From Nemertoderma westbladi (lineage: Eukaryota > Animalia > Xenacoelomorpha): a stretch of DNA of 37,166 nt. Shown in pieces: positions 1 to 11,930 of this stretch (positions within the stretch are counted from its first letter, which is position 1; the number at the start of each line of letters is the position of its first letter). The translations under genes were made by a program, and so were the position numbers. The notes beneath the pieces are model-generated. The model made no database searches, was not told the origin of the DNA, and was given only the letters and a program-made list of their open reading frames with translations. The DNA lies in assembly GCA_032718475.1 (NCBI GenBank), contig JAUCBJ010007835.1, positions 1-37,166 on the forward strand, in the 5' to 3' direction.

Positions 1-595
1 CGTGTCACAGCGTGACATTTGACTATTTTTTAACTTTTGGCGCCTTGCTATATTTTACAAGATAGTATTTTGTAAAAGATTTCACTTGATATTTTTGCAA
101 GAGATACCATTGATTCATTATAACAATAAAAAATTCTGAAATCACTTTGTAAAAATACTGAAAAGACACTACATAACAAAAAGTCACAGCGTGACAGAAA
201 TCGGACATCAATAAACACTGCTCAAATGTTAATGTAAAGTTCTGCTCTCCAGGAGATTGTTTTGCTTTAAAACGTTTTGTGCTTTTATATTAACAACAGA
301 TAAATAAAAAAGTAATGTAGTTAAATACTTGTTGGTTTTTTCCTTGTATAGCCATACCCTTTAACTGTTTTTAATCCTTGTCACAGCGTGACGTCACGGT
401 GTGATGCTATTTGTCTGCCATCATTAGAACACACTTCTAGCAGTCATATGACACTGATATTAATACCATTTGAACCACAATGATAGACTTAGTGGGGATA
501 TACACATTCAGAATGGGGATGCAGTTATTATTTCTCGAGATATTGTAAAGAGGCTAGGGTATAGAGGGTAAAGAGACTTGGGTATAGAGCAAGTG

Positions 596-923
596 ATTAT
601 TTAGAAACAATATCAAATGTAATTATTTTGAAACAATATCAAATGTAATTCATTTAGAAGCAATATCAAATGTAATTATTTAGTAACAATATCAAATGTA
701 ATTATTTAGAAACAATTTGAAATGTAATTATTTAGAAACAATTTCAAATGTAATTATTTAAAAGCAATATCGAATGTAATTATTTAGAAACAATATCAAA
801 TGTACTAGGTAATTATTTAGAAACGATATCAAATGTAATTATTTAGAAACAATATCAAATGTAATTATTTAGAAACAATATCAAATGTAATTATTTAGAA
901 ACAATATCAAATGTAATTTATTT
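596..923. repeat. AT-rich minisatellite, ~26-27 bp unit (GAAACAATATCAAATGTAATTATTTA), ~12 copies
   Basis: Direct tandem copies, downstream of the transposase stop. Confidence 0.95.
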
Positions 924-1043
924 AAAAAATTTATGGTATTATTAACCATGGCTAAAGATCTGTTAAACCATGGCTAAAGAGTCTAGAGTTCTATAAAATC
1001 TAGAATTTTAGTACTTTCGGGTTGCAGAGTGTTCTATAAAAGT

Positions 1044-3178
1044 CTAGAATCTTAATTCCTTTCGGGTTGCACAGAAGAGATGTAGAACACGTTTATATTC
1101 TGCTGCATCTAGAGAATGAATTAGTAAGCGTTGAGTTCCAGCTATAAGTTGAGGCTCTTTAATTTCACAAAGTTTATGAGTATAGTTGTACTGTTTAACA
1201 TGGTCATTGCTAGCTGAGGATGGGACAAAACGATTGGGGCCAATCACCTTCATAAAACTAATATCTACCAGTTGATCACCATTCCCACTATCTACAACTT
1301 TTTCAATACACCCGGGTACAAAGTTATCATCGTATATTGCAGCTAACCAGGAACCTATGAGAGGAGCTTTCACACAGTTCACACTACGTGGTGTTTCACC
1401 TTCAACACAACTTTCCCTTGGTAACTGTGTGAAGGAATTCAAGTCCTCCCCTATACAGTAGGATGCTGAGGAGTATGTTCTCATCTCCAACTTATCCTGA
1501 TAATATCTGAGCTGGTTGGCTTTAAAGATTCCTGGTAAAGGTGGTGCATTCGCAAATATTTCCCCAATCTCGCCTTCAACCAGTGAAGCAATTGCTGCAT
1601 GTGATATGAAATTGGCTTTAATAGTACTCTCTGCCTGTAGGAAACTCATGTAAAAGGAATGTGCATCACTAACTGGTGGATCCATTCGTTTAAAAATGTT
1701 AGTAGACACTAGCCGTTTTACTGTTCCCCCAATACCATCAACTGGTCCCTTGCCATGGGAAGTGGCAAAAAAATTCCAGGTTATTTCGATCTTATGTTTC
1801 TTCATCAACCATGGTATAGCTGCAGCAATATACCTGTTCTTAAATTGGTTACTTGGGCCATCAGACCATATGTGTAGCTCGGTGATACCACTCCTTTCTT
1901 CTTTAATCTGTGTCCCAATTATGTGATCCACAAATACAATTATTGAACCTTTGGTATGGTCTAAATCATCTGAAATTACAACTGAGGATATACAATAATC
2001 CTGATTCCAAATACAGGATGGAAATAATGTTACTTGTTTCGAATTCCAATGTGCTGACTGAATTTCATCCTGCCAAAACAGAGAGAAATTTTCCGAGAAA
2101 TCGACTTGCAGAATAGCTACATTGGCTCTTGTAGGAAGTTGGATCTCCAACTTAGTTTTCTGATATTCATCTGACTGCTTTTGCTTAATGAAATAGTGCA
2201 AGATGAATTGTGGTAGAAGTGAGCTAAAGTGATCGTAAAGGACTTCAACAGTTCCATGTTTCCGGACCTTCTCTTCTCGATCCTTGCCATCAAATCCTGT
2301 GGCTTTCTCCCATTGATACCACATTGTCTGTTTTGACTTCAGCTCACTATCGAGTGGATATACTTCATGAAATCCAACTGCGTTATTGCACTTTGAACAC
2401 TCATTATTCCAGCAAATCTCAGTTGGATCGTCACATACAACCTGCAATGGAAACTCATGAGAATATAGTGGAAATTTGTTATCCAGACGATGTAGTACTT
2501 CCAAACACAATATCACATTCTGGTGATACTTGCAGGTGCAAACATTGTGGGGGATTTCGCTTACATGCAGCACTTGCTTTGGCTTCAGATCGGCAAACTT
2601 CGTTTTTTTTACTGGAATAGAAGGGTGAAGCTTTTTAAAGAGACTGTACACTTCCATGACTGTCATTAACAGGTGCCTTTTTTGAAATATATGTTTATCC
2701 CCATTATCATCCCACACAGCGATGGTGTCACGTTTGCCTGGGGCTTGTCTGGAAATATCGTCGCGGGAATAGAACTCTTCAATAATTAAAACATTTTCTT
2801 TTGACAGTTTATTATGAGGTTCTTTTGGTTTATGATCATCAGCTATTTCAAGTTTTGCACTTAATGCAAGCCTCCTAATAACTTCCTTGGGGATTTCGGA
2901 AGGTGACTTGTCACCCGATGCACTGCCCTCCCCAGTGTGCTTATAGATTTGTAGGGGGAAGCTGAGTCCGCTACTGGTATAGGAGTACGGGTTTGATTTT
3001 TAACTTTGTCCCTATGTTTCTGTTGCCTTATCCGATCTCGTAGTCTCACGTATTCCGGTGCGCTTTTCCTCCGCTGCTTTTTCTGTGCCGCCTCTTTGGA
3101 TTTGATATAAGATTCTCCAAACTTTTCTTTTTGTTTCGCTCGGTATCGTTTCTGTCTTTCAGCATGTGTTAAAGGCAT
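1044..3178 (-). pseudogene. Sola2-like transposase split by one frameshift near 2885
   Basis: ORF 2861-3178 (MPLTHAERQKRYR...LPKSPRK) continues in the -1 frame as EVIRRLAL...FYSRDDISRQAPGKRDT into ORF 1044-2717. Motifs: CTCKYHQN, QVDFSENF, QSAHW, WSDGPSNQFKN, FFATSHGKGPVDGIGG. Sola2 assignment is from recalled motif pattern. Confidence 0.75.
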
Positions 3179-4230
3179 TTCTTATCTAGGAATTTTATAT
3201 TGTCAATCAAATACTGATAAACCAAGTAGGCCTATAAAGCTACATAGACAGATAGAGTAGGGTCATTACATAGGCTAGCCTCTCTAACAAAGTGAAGAAT
3301 CCTGCCTAACACTACTAAGGATATATTTTAAACAATAAAACCAATATTTAAGAAAGCCTACTTCACAATATGGACTACAATATAACATTTACCTTCAATG
3401 TCAGACTGAGCATAATTATAGACAGAAAGAAAGTAGTATCCACCAATACAGCAATTAACAGGCCTGCAGTTGTGGATGTATCAAATATCTGGCCCAGCCA
3501 ACAGGTGTGTAGCATTGGATGCAAATTAGGCCTACCAGTCAGCCATTACCGGTACCATGTACTGTACTGTCCTTGACATTTCACCATTTCTTGAAAAAAA
3601 TTAAATTTGGCGCAATTTTTTATACATGAAGTTAAAGGTTATGAATTGTCACGGTGTGACACAGATAATAGTGTCACAGCATGACTGATTTTATTCATAA
3701 AAAAAATCACTTATTTATGTTATCTGTGGTCTAATACATTCATATTTACTGTTTCATATACGATATTTTGTAGATCAGAAAGAAAAACGGGTAATTATGA
3801 TTTATTCTTCAATTATTTAAAAAAAGGTGTATAAAAAGTCACACCGTGACAAGTCACAGCGTGACATAGTGAGGACAACTTTTAATTCCGAAAATTGAAT
3901 AAGTCGTGGCTATTATTGATATTATAACATCTCAATTACAAAATAAGACATAGAACCATACAAAAATTCATTTAATATCAAAAAATGTATTGCTCAGGTA
4001 TACAGGGCAAGCCTAGAAAGTGGTATAACATTTATGAAATTCAAAACTAAAAAAAGTATAAAAGTTAGGCAATTTGCCATGCTATTAAGTTTTTAAGTTG
4101 ACTAGCTGTTCAAAATGTGTTTTTAGATTCTGAAAATATAGCATATTAGCTTCAATTTAAGATATAAAACTTGCAATTTCAAGTATTATGAAATTTCGGT
4201 GCCAATGTCTGCTTTCGCGTGGAAATGCTG

Positions 4231-4588
4231 TGATATCCCTGGTTGTGTTGGATACGGTACTCTCTGATATCCCTGATTGTGTTGGATACGGCACTCTCTG
4301 ATATCCCTGGTTGTGTTGGATTCGGTACTCTGCTGATATCCCTGGTTGTGTTGGATACGGTACTCTGCTGATATCCCTGGTTGTGTTGGATACGGTACTC
4401 TCTGATATCCCTGGTTGTGTTGGATACGGTACTCTCTGATATCCCTGGTTGTGTTGGATGCGGTACTCTCTGATATCCCTGGTTGTGTTGGAAACGGTAC
4501 TCTGTTGATATCCCTGGTTGTGTTGGATACGGTACTCTCTGATATCCCTGGTTGTGTTGGATACGGTACTCTCTGATATCCCGGGTTG
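4231..4588. repeat. Minisatellite, 34-35 bp unit (TGATATCCCTGGTTGTGTTGGATACGGTACTCTC), ~10.5 copies
   Basis: Near-identical tandem copies; they explain the repetitive ORFs 4157-4636 and 4186-4647. Confidence 0.97.
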
Positions 4589-4824
4589 AGGAACTGCAAA
4601 TAACATGTTCCTTTTTCTCGAGATCTGTAAATCCAAATAAATACCATGAAATTTTAGACCCTAATACAGAATTCCGAGCTGTACAAGTTGATTTTTGGAA
4701 TCTACATCGAATTTTGAATCTACTTGGTCTGGGATGGTTTTCAGAAAATATTTTTGAAAAATTTTACTTGTAAAACAACCTTAAATAATTAATTTTAAAA
4801 ATGCTATTAAAATGGTTTGTTTTG

Positions 4825-4970
4825 TTGTCAGTTTTCTGCTCTCGGTTGTCTGCGGTCGGTTGTCTGCTGTCGTTTGTCTGCTTTCGGTTCTCTGCGAGTC
4901 TGCGGTCGGTTGTTTGCTGTCTTCTGTCTGCTATTGTGTCGGTTGTCTGCTGCCGGTTGTGTGCTGTCGG
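4825..4970. repeat. Degenerate short-period repeat (TGTCTGC/GTCGGT)
   Basis: Low-complexity run of tgtctgc/cggt words. Confidence 0.7.
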
Positions 4971-5507
4971 CGTAACGTTTACACCGCCCGTCTTATTTGA
5001 TTACTTATACTTCTTCAATGCCATCGACTTTTCTGCTTTTTAAAAATTGAATTTCCGAATTTCAATGTGGTGTGTATATTTTTATCAGACGGAAGTCATA
5101 AAAGGTAAGTGGTGAAACATTTTTCAGAAGCACATTGACTTGACATCTAGATGTCGACCAAACCAATGATATAAAGCTAACCCCTCAACTATCGCTCGAG
5201 GTAGCGGCAGTTGGAAAGTTGATATTTTGCACTTCTATATGTCGGACAATGATTTAATATTTGGTTTTTCGTATTCGAAAATTATGATTTATTGTGGTTA
5301 GAATAGAACCTTCAAAACGTTTCGTTATTATTTGTCGAGATATTCAATCGAAGGTGTACGCTGGCTTAATCCAATGTAGGCTCGTCTATGTCAGAGAGAG
5401 TCACTGCGTAGGCCAGCCCTAACATTAGTTCGTTGCTAACGTACGTACAGTTCCGGTTTGTGGTTCCTAGGGTCCATTCGGCTAATTAATTAATTATCAT
5501 TATTCAG

Positions 5508-6338
5508 GTACCAACAAACGATAAGTGTTGGATAACCCGGCAAGGCTACATGGCTAAATGGACACTGATGGCGTACCTGGAGGTTGTCCGTACCATGGAG
5601 TACCTGGCCTACCTGGGCTACATTGCGGGCGAGAATGACTGCCAAACTTCCGCGGTGACAGTGACCCGAGAGCGGAGGGTGGACCTGGAACGCAGGTCTA
5701 CCAACCGAACTGTGTTCCATTGCGCGGTGCTGGGTCCCAGAACCTGCGGGAAGACGGGATTCCTCCAAGGGCTGCTGGGCAGACGGCTCAAGTACCAACA
5801 GTCGTTAAACCGGGAGGATATACCGCGTTACACGATCAATACGGTGCCGGTGTACGGGCAGGATAAGTACTTGATACTCCATGAGGTTACTGTGGGTATA
5901 GCGGATAACTTCGATAAACGCGATCTCGATTGCGACGTGGTCGCCTTGCTCTATGATGTATCGGATCCCAAGAGTTTCGGTTGCGTCGCTCGCATTTATA
6001 AACAGTACCTTATCGACGCGCGTATACCTTGTCTGATCGTGGCCTGTAAGTCGGACCTGCCCTCGGCGGCGCAGGAGTACCAGGCCACCCCGGCTCGCTT
6101 CGCTAGACTATTCCGACTTACCGAGTTGCAGAGGTTCAGTTGTCTGGGCGACGTGGACTCCGAGGTCTACGTGAAGTTGGCCACCCTCGCCGCCTACCCC
6201 CATCTCGCGTTGGGTCAGTCGCTACGTAGGAGCGGCAAGCTGGGGTTCACCGGCGGTCGTTTGTTTACTTTCGGTTGCTTGGTTACCATCTCGGCTCTGT
6301 GTTACTTCGGTTATCGACTATTGAGGTCACCGCGTTGA
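5508..6338 (+). CDS. RHOT: Mitochondrial Rho GTPase (Miro), last coding exon: end of EF-hand region, C-terminal GTPase domain and tail anchor
   Basis: Acceptor ttattcag|GTA at 5507/5508, in frame with ORF 5550-6338. VPTNDKCWITRQGYMAKWTL...EYLAYLGY, P-loop GPRTCGKT, ACKSD, KLATLAAYPH and C-terminal TM LFTFGCLVTISALCYFGYRLL are Miro hallmarks. Confidence 0.95.
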   Translation, partial: VPTNDKCWITRQGYMAKWTLMAYLEVVRTMEYLAYLGYIAGENDCQTSAVTVTRERRVDLERRSTNRTVFHCAVLGPRTCGKTGFLQGLLGRRLKYQQSLNREDIPRYTINTVPVYGQDKYLILHEVTVGIADNFDKRDLDCDVVALLYDVSDPKSFGCVARIYKQYLIDARIPCLIVACKSDLPSAAQEYQATPARFARLFRLTELQRFSCLGDVDSEVYVKLATLAAYPHLALGQSLRRSGKLGFTGGRLFTFGCLVTISALCYFGYRLLRSPR

Positions 6339-7350
6339 CCTTCTGCAGTGCCATTGCTAGCAATATGTATATAACTCTAGGTAGATTGAGCGATATACAC
6401 GTGCTATTATGAAATATTCTCGATGAATTCCTTGTGTGTAGACTAGAAGATTTAATTTTATTAACATCCAAAGTTTACATTCAGTTTTGTGCAAATTTAT
6501 GACGTTTGATTAGCAAACTTACTAATTTTATTCTGTCAGTTTTAATTAACTGTACGTATCAACTACCAACTGATTGCGAGACGTTATTGTTGAGACCCTT
6601 TGATATAAAATCATTGTACTTAAAAAAAAACTTTACTGTAGGAACCTCGGATAATGAAAACCATCAGTTTTCGGAATGTTTCAGAAGATGGAGTCACATA
6701 TAGTATTTGTACACAAGTCGGTAGCTTTGGTATTAGTTTTAGCTACATGTATTGACCACGGTGTCTAGAACATTGTTGTAACCAACTGTGCCCGAATGCG
6801 TGCAGTAGTGAGGTAATAATTTCAGAACGGTAGTGATTTTAACTTGTTACATTCGATATTTTACTTGACTGCATTAATCAAATAATATGTTTCCTGTTAA
6901 ATTTAAATCCACCAAAAAAGTGGTTGACATCTATTATTATAATCTATTCTCGTTTATTTACCGTGTAACTCTATAGTCTTGGAACAACTTATCTGGAATA
7001 TTATTTTTGATTTTTTTTCTAAATATTACCGTATTTTATTTTAACTCACAATTTGATATTTTATGCAATTGTATTCCTTGAATTTACTCACCGGCACCGC
7101 ACCGGAAATTTAAAACTTTATAGTTTACTTCGCCGTATTCAATACGTTACGTAATAATATTATTGTAATGTTGTTTATAAATGATTCTTTTTTTTATACA
7201 GTGAATTGTAAATTTCAATATACATTACAAATAACTAACTTCCTTTTAATTCTACTCAAAGAGCTCTGGGAAATATGTGGCGGGGGGCTGGACGCAAATC
7301 CCATCTTGGCGAAATTAAAATTTCGCCTCAATGTTAAATTCTTCATTTAA

Positions 7351-7525
7351 GTAAAGGAGCAGGTTACAATGACACGTTATTCTAACCAAAACAATAAACT
7401 AAAGTCAATTGAACAGGTTACAGTTTTATTTTTGGCAGTAATCAGCTGTTATTTATTTGCGTTGAATTTCCCCTGGAGATGGATTAAATTTTATTGCGTG
7501 AAAATAAAAATCCCCCCCCCCCCCC
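7351..7525 (+). mobile_element. Fragment of a dispersed TIR element family also present at 12250-12760
   Basis: AGTAAAGGAGCAGGTTACA...AACCAAAACAATAAACTAAAGTCAA recurs at ~12643 (direct) and ~12375-12430 (inverted). The internal TTCCCCTGGA...ATTGCGT block recurs near 12265-12300. Confidence 0.55.
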
Positions 7526-7700
7526 CATTATCTGGGCAAATATACTAAATATATTCTGCAAGGGACGGAAAGGTGAAGGAAATCCCAAAATGGTAATCTT
7601 TTGAAAAGTTTACTTAATGGAATTTAGACCATAGCTCTAATTATAGCGGAAGGGTTTACTTCAAAGATCACCTAGGGTGGTGAACAACATACATTCCTTG

Positions 7701-8459
7701 GGGGGCATCCATAAAGGACATCCGAGGTCAGGAGGGGGGTGGAGGGAGTCTTCCAAATCCAGACATCTTCGGATAGGGGGGGGGGGGGGGGGGGGGTGGG
7801 GAGTCTTCCAAATCCAGACATCTTCGGACAGGGGGGGTTGGCTAAATTCGGACGTCTGATTTTTTTATTTTTTATATTTATCATAATATGCTATAATATT
7901 AATTTATCACTGTATCGAAAATTGGCTACCAGATTTGCAATACCATACCAGTAGAGTCCGAATAAGTAGCCACATTGTTGGCATTATATACTGGTTGGTG
8001 ACAGACCCCTACTACATTATTTCGTGTTATTAAGCCTACGTTTATACTAGACTGACTGCACGATCTAAAACGATAAAGACTGAACAAGGCTAAATGCTAC
8101 TTCAGATAGGGAGAATCAAAAAACAATAATTAATAATTTAATAATTAATAAAAACATTAATTCAACAATAATTGAATTTAATTTAATAATTTAATTAATA
8201 ATTCAATAGTTTATCGGTACAATACAACAAGCAGTTGCACGACTTAAACACAATTAATTATTATTTTCGTTTCTCTGCCAATAATAATATGAAGTTGCAG
8301 CAATTATAGTGGCAGTCAGTTGTTACCTTTTATGTCTTGTGAATTCGGACGTCCGAAGTGGGGGGGGGGGGGGTTGGTAAAAACCGCACAAGCTTGGACA
8401 TGGGGAGGGGGGAGGTCTGAAAATCGGGAATTTACTCGGACGTCGTTATGGATGCCCCC
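7701..8459. mobile_element. MITE with GGGGGCATCCATAA termini and 3-bp TSD (TTG)
   Basis: Left TTG|GGGGGCATCCATAAAGGACATCC, right GGACGTCGTTATGGATGCCCCC|TTG. Internal ~30-bp direct repeat GGGAGTCTTCCAAATCCAGACATCTTCGGA and poly-G tracts. A 3-bp TSD suggests PIF/Harbinger type (uncertain). Confidence 0.8.
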
Positions 8460-8953
8460 TTGGCTTAATGAGCCTAAAAATAATCCCATTCATAATAGTG
8501 AAATTACGTGGTTTAAGATGCGTATGTAAGTAATATGTAGTGCGATTTTTTTAATTACTTTTAATTAACTTTTTTTAATTATTTTTTTATACTACACTTT
8601 TTATCGTTCATGATTCGATCTCGTTACTGCCTTGTGCTTCTGCTACAACAAAACAATTATTGTACCTTTACGATTGTTACGAAATCGTATGCACCACGCA
8701 AGGCGGTTGGTTGTATTGTATAGGCTTAATACATACAAATACATATATTATACTGATTAATGGATTAATGATACACACTAATTATTAACCTATTATTATT
8801 TGTCATCTTAGAGGGAGCCAAGTTATTTGTTTTTATGTAGCAAAATTATGGCATCCGCCCGCAGGCCATTACATATTTCATTGAGGATTGCAAACACTAT
8901 GCCACATTATCTCTAACGTACTTTGCACATAGATAGCAAATCCAACATTGCAG

Positions 8954-9012
8954 CCAATCCTTGAATTACACTCCAGCTGTGTTCTTCCCTGTTCGTCATT
9001 TTACTATAAATA
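8954..9012 (+). promoter_or_regulatory. Candidate core promoter of the CREB3-like gene
   Basis: CCAAT 8954-8958, half-CRE CGTCA 8994-8998, TATAAATA 9005-9012, about 260 bp upstream of the ATG. Confidence 0.4.
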
Positions 9013-9268
9013 GTTGGATTGCATCGCTGCCATTGGTCAATCTATTCCTGAATCTTGCATCAGGTTCCAACGTGGAGGTTTCATGTTGGGTTGAGTTTGA
9101 TAAATTGTTGCCTTGGCTGATGTGGGCATTTATTATTAGGAGGTTTGTTCACAATGTTTGTTTGTTTTTAAGTGAGAAACTTTTTATTCCATCGTGTAAC
9201 GAATTCAAATTAATTAAGTGAACTGGTGTAAGTTTTCGAAATAAATATTCGTATTAAATATTTCAATC

Positions 9269-10678
9269 ATGAAGTTCTTTTCCCGAGGTAGGAATTCCTC
9301 GGAGGGCAGTTCTAGCGACTATACTTCTGATAGTTCGCAAGCGCAACCGTTGTCAGTGACTACCAGTACTTACGGTACGGAACTCGCGACCAGCACACTG
9401 GACGACAGCTTCCTGGATGTCCTATTTGGGGGCGCAGACCCCTCGCGCCAATCACTGGACGCCGTCCTCAGCAGTTCCTCTGCGTTCAGCCCTAGTCTCA
9501 GTAATAATTCTTCGAATTTATCTTCCAGTCAAGAAGAAGACATGCAATTGATCGAAGAATTCCTAGCTGATTCAAATTTCAACAGGAGTTTTACTGATGA
9601 CACAGCCGCACTCTTCCCTGATGTTATCAGATCGCTTGATACCTTCCCCGATAGCAACGCTCTCTCGGGCTTTCCTAACGCGACAACGATCGATTTTTCT
9701 GAGGATCTATTTTCTCAGCTGTCACCTGTTGAAGATACCAGTAAACACGATCACACATACTACGATAGCTGCTCCGAGCAAACAGGTGCTGCTGACGATA
9801 TTTACCACTCAGACGAAATTAAATCGGAAGATGTCACGGTGGAAATGAATGGAGAGGATTACTTTACGGATACCTCGGAATACAGCCCGGGACTTCTTTA
9901 CCCCGAGAGGTCTACACGACGGGATAGGTCTGTTTACGAACTTCCCATGACAACGAAAGATTTAAAGAAAGTTTCGGATAAATTATTCCTCACAGCGGAA
10001 GAATTAAAGCTATTAGACCAGGAGTCTGTCCAATTGCCGTCCCATTACCCACTGACTAAGATGGAGGAGCGAGTACTTAGACGTGTCAGACGTAAAATCC
10101 GTAACAAAATTTCGGCTCAGGAAAGTCGCAAGAAAAAGAAGACTTACTTGAAGGGGTTAGAAGAGCGGATACAAGGATGTACTGCGGAGAATACTGAGTT
10201 ACAAAGGAAGGTAGGTCTGCTAGAGAATGAGAATATAAGTCTTGTTAAACAGTTACAGAAATTTAAGGCAATGTTCACTCACGGTAACGGGATGAATGTC
10301 ACTCAGAGCAGCGCTTGCGTCGCTGTACTGATGCTGTCCTTCGCGTTGTTGGTAATTCCATCCGTGGTCCCAACTACCGATAAACCCGGTCTCTCGCTGG
10401 CGCTGGACGCCCCCATGGTGCGACCGAGCAACCAGCGGGGTGTGTCTCGCTCGCTACTGCAGGCTGTGGCGTTGGATTCGCAGCAGAGCTACGCTGCCGA
10501 TGGCACAGAGTTTCTGGAGGAGGTTGACACGAATGAAGTTAAGTTCACCGAGGGTTTAACGCTAAGTTTATCTAACCCGAGTGCGGCGAGCAGGATAAAC
10601 TATTCTGGAATTATATTGAGTCCTGACTATAACGAGACAACCCAGACAACGACACAGACAATCTCAGAGAAGATCTGA
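9269..10678 (+). CDS. CREB3: CREB3/Luman (CREB3L family) ER-membrane bZIP transcription factor, single-exon CDS, 469 aa
   Basis: Acidic N-terminus, HCF-1-binding motif DHTY, adjacent-to-bZIP segment LFLTAEELKLL...LPSHYPLTKMEERVL, bZIP RRKIRNKISAQESRKKKKTYLKGLE, TM CVAVLMLSFALLVIP, site-1 protease motif RSLL, luminal sequons NYS/NET. AATAAA at 10804-10809. Exact paralog unresolved. Confidence 0.92.
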   Translation: MKFFSRGRNSSEGSSSDYTSDSSQAQPLSVTTSTYGTELATSTLDDSFLDVLFGGADPSRQSLDAVLSSSSAFSPSLSNNSSNLSSSQEEDMQLIEEFLADSNFNRSFTDDTAALFPDVIRSLDTFPDSNALSGFPNATTIDFSEDLFSQLSPVEDTSKHDHTYYDSCSEQTGAADDIYHSDEIKSEDVTVEMNGEDYFTDTSEYSPGLLYPERSTRRDRSVYELPMTTKDLKKVSDKLFLTAEELKLLDQESVQLPSHYPLTKMEERVLRRVRRKIRNKISAQESRKKKKTYLKGLEERIQGCTAENTELQRKVGLLENENISLVKQLQKFKAMFTHGNGMNVTQSSACVAVLMLSFALLVIPSVVPTTDKPGLSLALDAPMVRPSNQRGVSRSLLQAVALDSQQSYAADGTEFLEEVDTNEVKFTEGLTLSLSNPSAASRINYSGIILSPDYNETTQTTTQTISEKI

Positions 10679-11699
10679 TGAAGATGAATTAACGCACATA
10701 CAGCTGGAAACAAACTAACTCATTCAGGGCTAGTTTAAATGGATATTTAGTGGACTATTTCATGTAGTAATTGAATTGATGTTATATATATTAGTTGACC
10801 TACAATAAACCGATTTTGTAGAAAATATCGTGTGTATTATAATGATTTCCTTTAACAAATTAACGTTTATCGTATTATTATCCATGTATGTACAATAAAA
10901 TAGACTAATATAACAATTATGTAGTTTGCTGTTGTTTTAAACTACTAGAAAGTGAAGTTACTTCAGTCTAATCGCTGGCGAAGAACTGGTGGATATTAAC
11001 TGTGATTGAGAATGCTCTTGGCATAATACGACGTCTAAGGTCTAACAATCATATGAAGTCAGAAACTATCCTAACCCAATAATTTCATAATAGGCCTACG
11101 TGTTTTAATATAATATTGAAACATGTGGAACCGAAACCGCCAATTAATATATTTTATCAGCTAATCAGGGGCGTCGCAGCCACCCCTGCGCTCCGGGGGG
11201 GGGGGGGGGGGGGGGGGCAGCCGATTTAGTTTACATGCTCCTGTGCTCGGCGAAAAAATAAACAATTATTTGATTTAATTACAACCATGGGTTAAATATT
11301 GGCACAAATCTGAAATTTAATGTCAACTAAAATAAACTAGTATTAAAAACTAGTATGCCGTTAAGTCGGGGGTTAAAAGAGCTGTTAAAATTTATTTATT
11401 AGGTAGGCCTACTTTGAGACACATTAAAAATAAATCCAGCTTTAGATCGGAACGGAAGTAAGCGATTGTGGAGCAGCGTTTCGTTGTTATTTCCTTTGCA
11501 TGCTCTTTGTTCTTTATTTGTGGCTGGCGCTGGCATATCCAGCAAATACAGGATGAGGTAGGCCGCCAACAGTTAGGGGATCCATAGATCTTATAATAAA
11601 AACCGTTGGAGACCATCTGTGCCGCAGTTCTCCTGCGACGTCCAGTAAGCAGTAAGGCAGCTGAACTCTATACCCCCGATAGCGGTTGGAGGGAGGGGC

Positions 11700-11930
11700 G
11701 TTGGCGTTCAACAGCATTTAGGATAGCTGTGGTGGAAGCCAACTTACTCACTCCGCGCCATAGTTTCCAGTAGACACCACCTCGAGTTTTATAGACGGGG
11801 CCAAGCTGAGTGAACTCCTGGTTGTGAAATACCTCACAGCCGTATGTGAAAGAAGGAAGGATGACTTGAGGTCAAAAGGAGTTTCTTTGAAACCAATGAT
11901 AATAATGACGGATCAACTTTGGATGCAAGG
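11700..11930 (-). mobile_element. Decayed non-LTR retrotransposon fragment (region C-terminal to RT)
   Basis: Minus strand reads QVILPSFTYGCEVF...YWKLWRGVSKLASTTAIL, resembling the LINE ORF2 motif ILPxLxYGCEVW. Confidence 0.4.

Larger units (their letters stand above)
1..4230 (-). mobile_element. Sola2-type DNA transposon in the Miro intron (left end outside window; right end inferred)
   Basis: Carries a DDD transposase (1044-3178) flanked on both sides by a repeated palindromic motif GTCAC-N3-GTGAC. Non-repetitive sequence ends abruptly at ...TTTCGCGTGGAAATGCTG (4230), where a 34-bp minisatellite begins. The second TIR is not visible in the window. Confidence 0.65.

Noticed and set aside
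4157-4647. Repetitive ORFs of 153-159 aa
   Set aside because: They are translations of the 34/35-bp minisatellite, cycling through frames.
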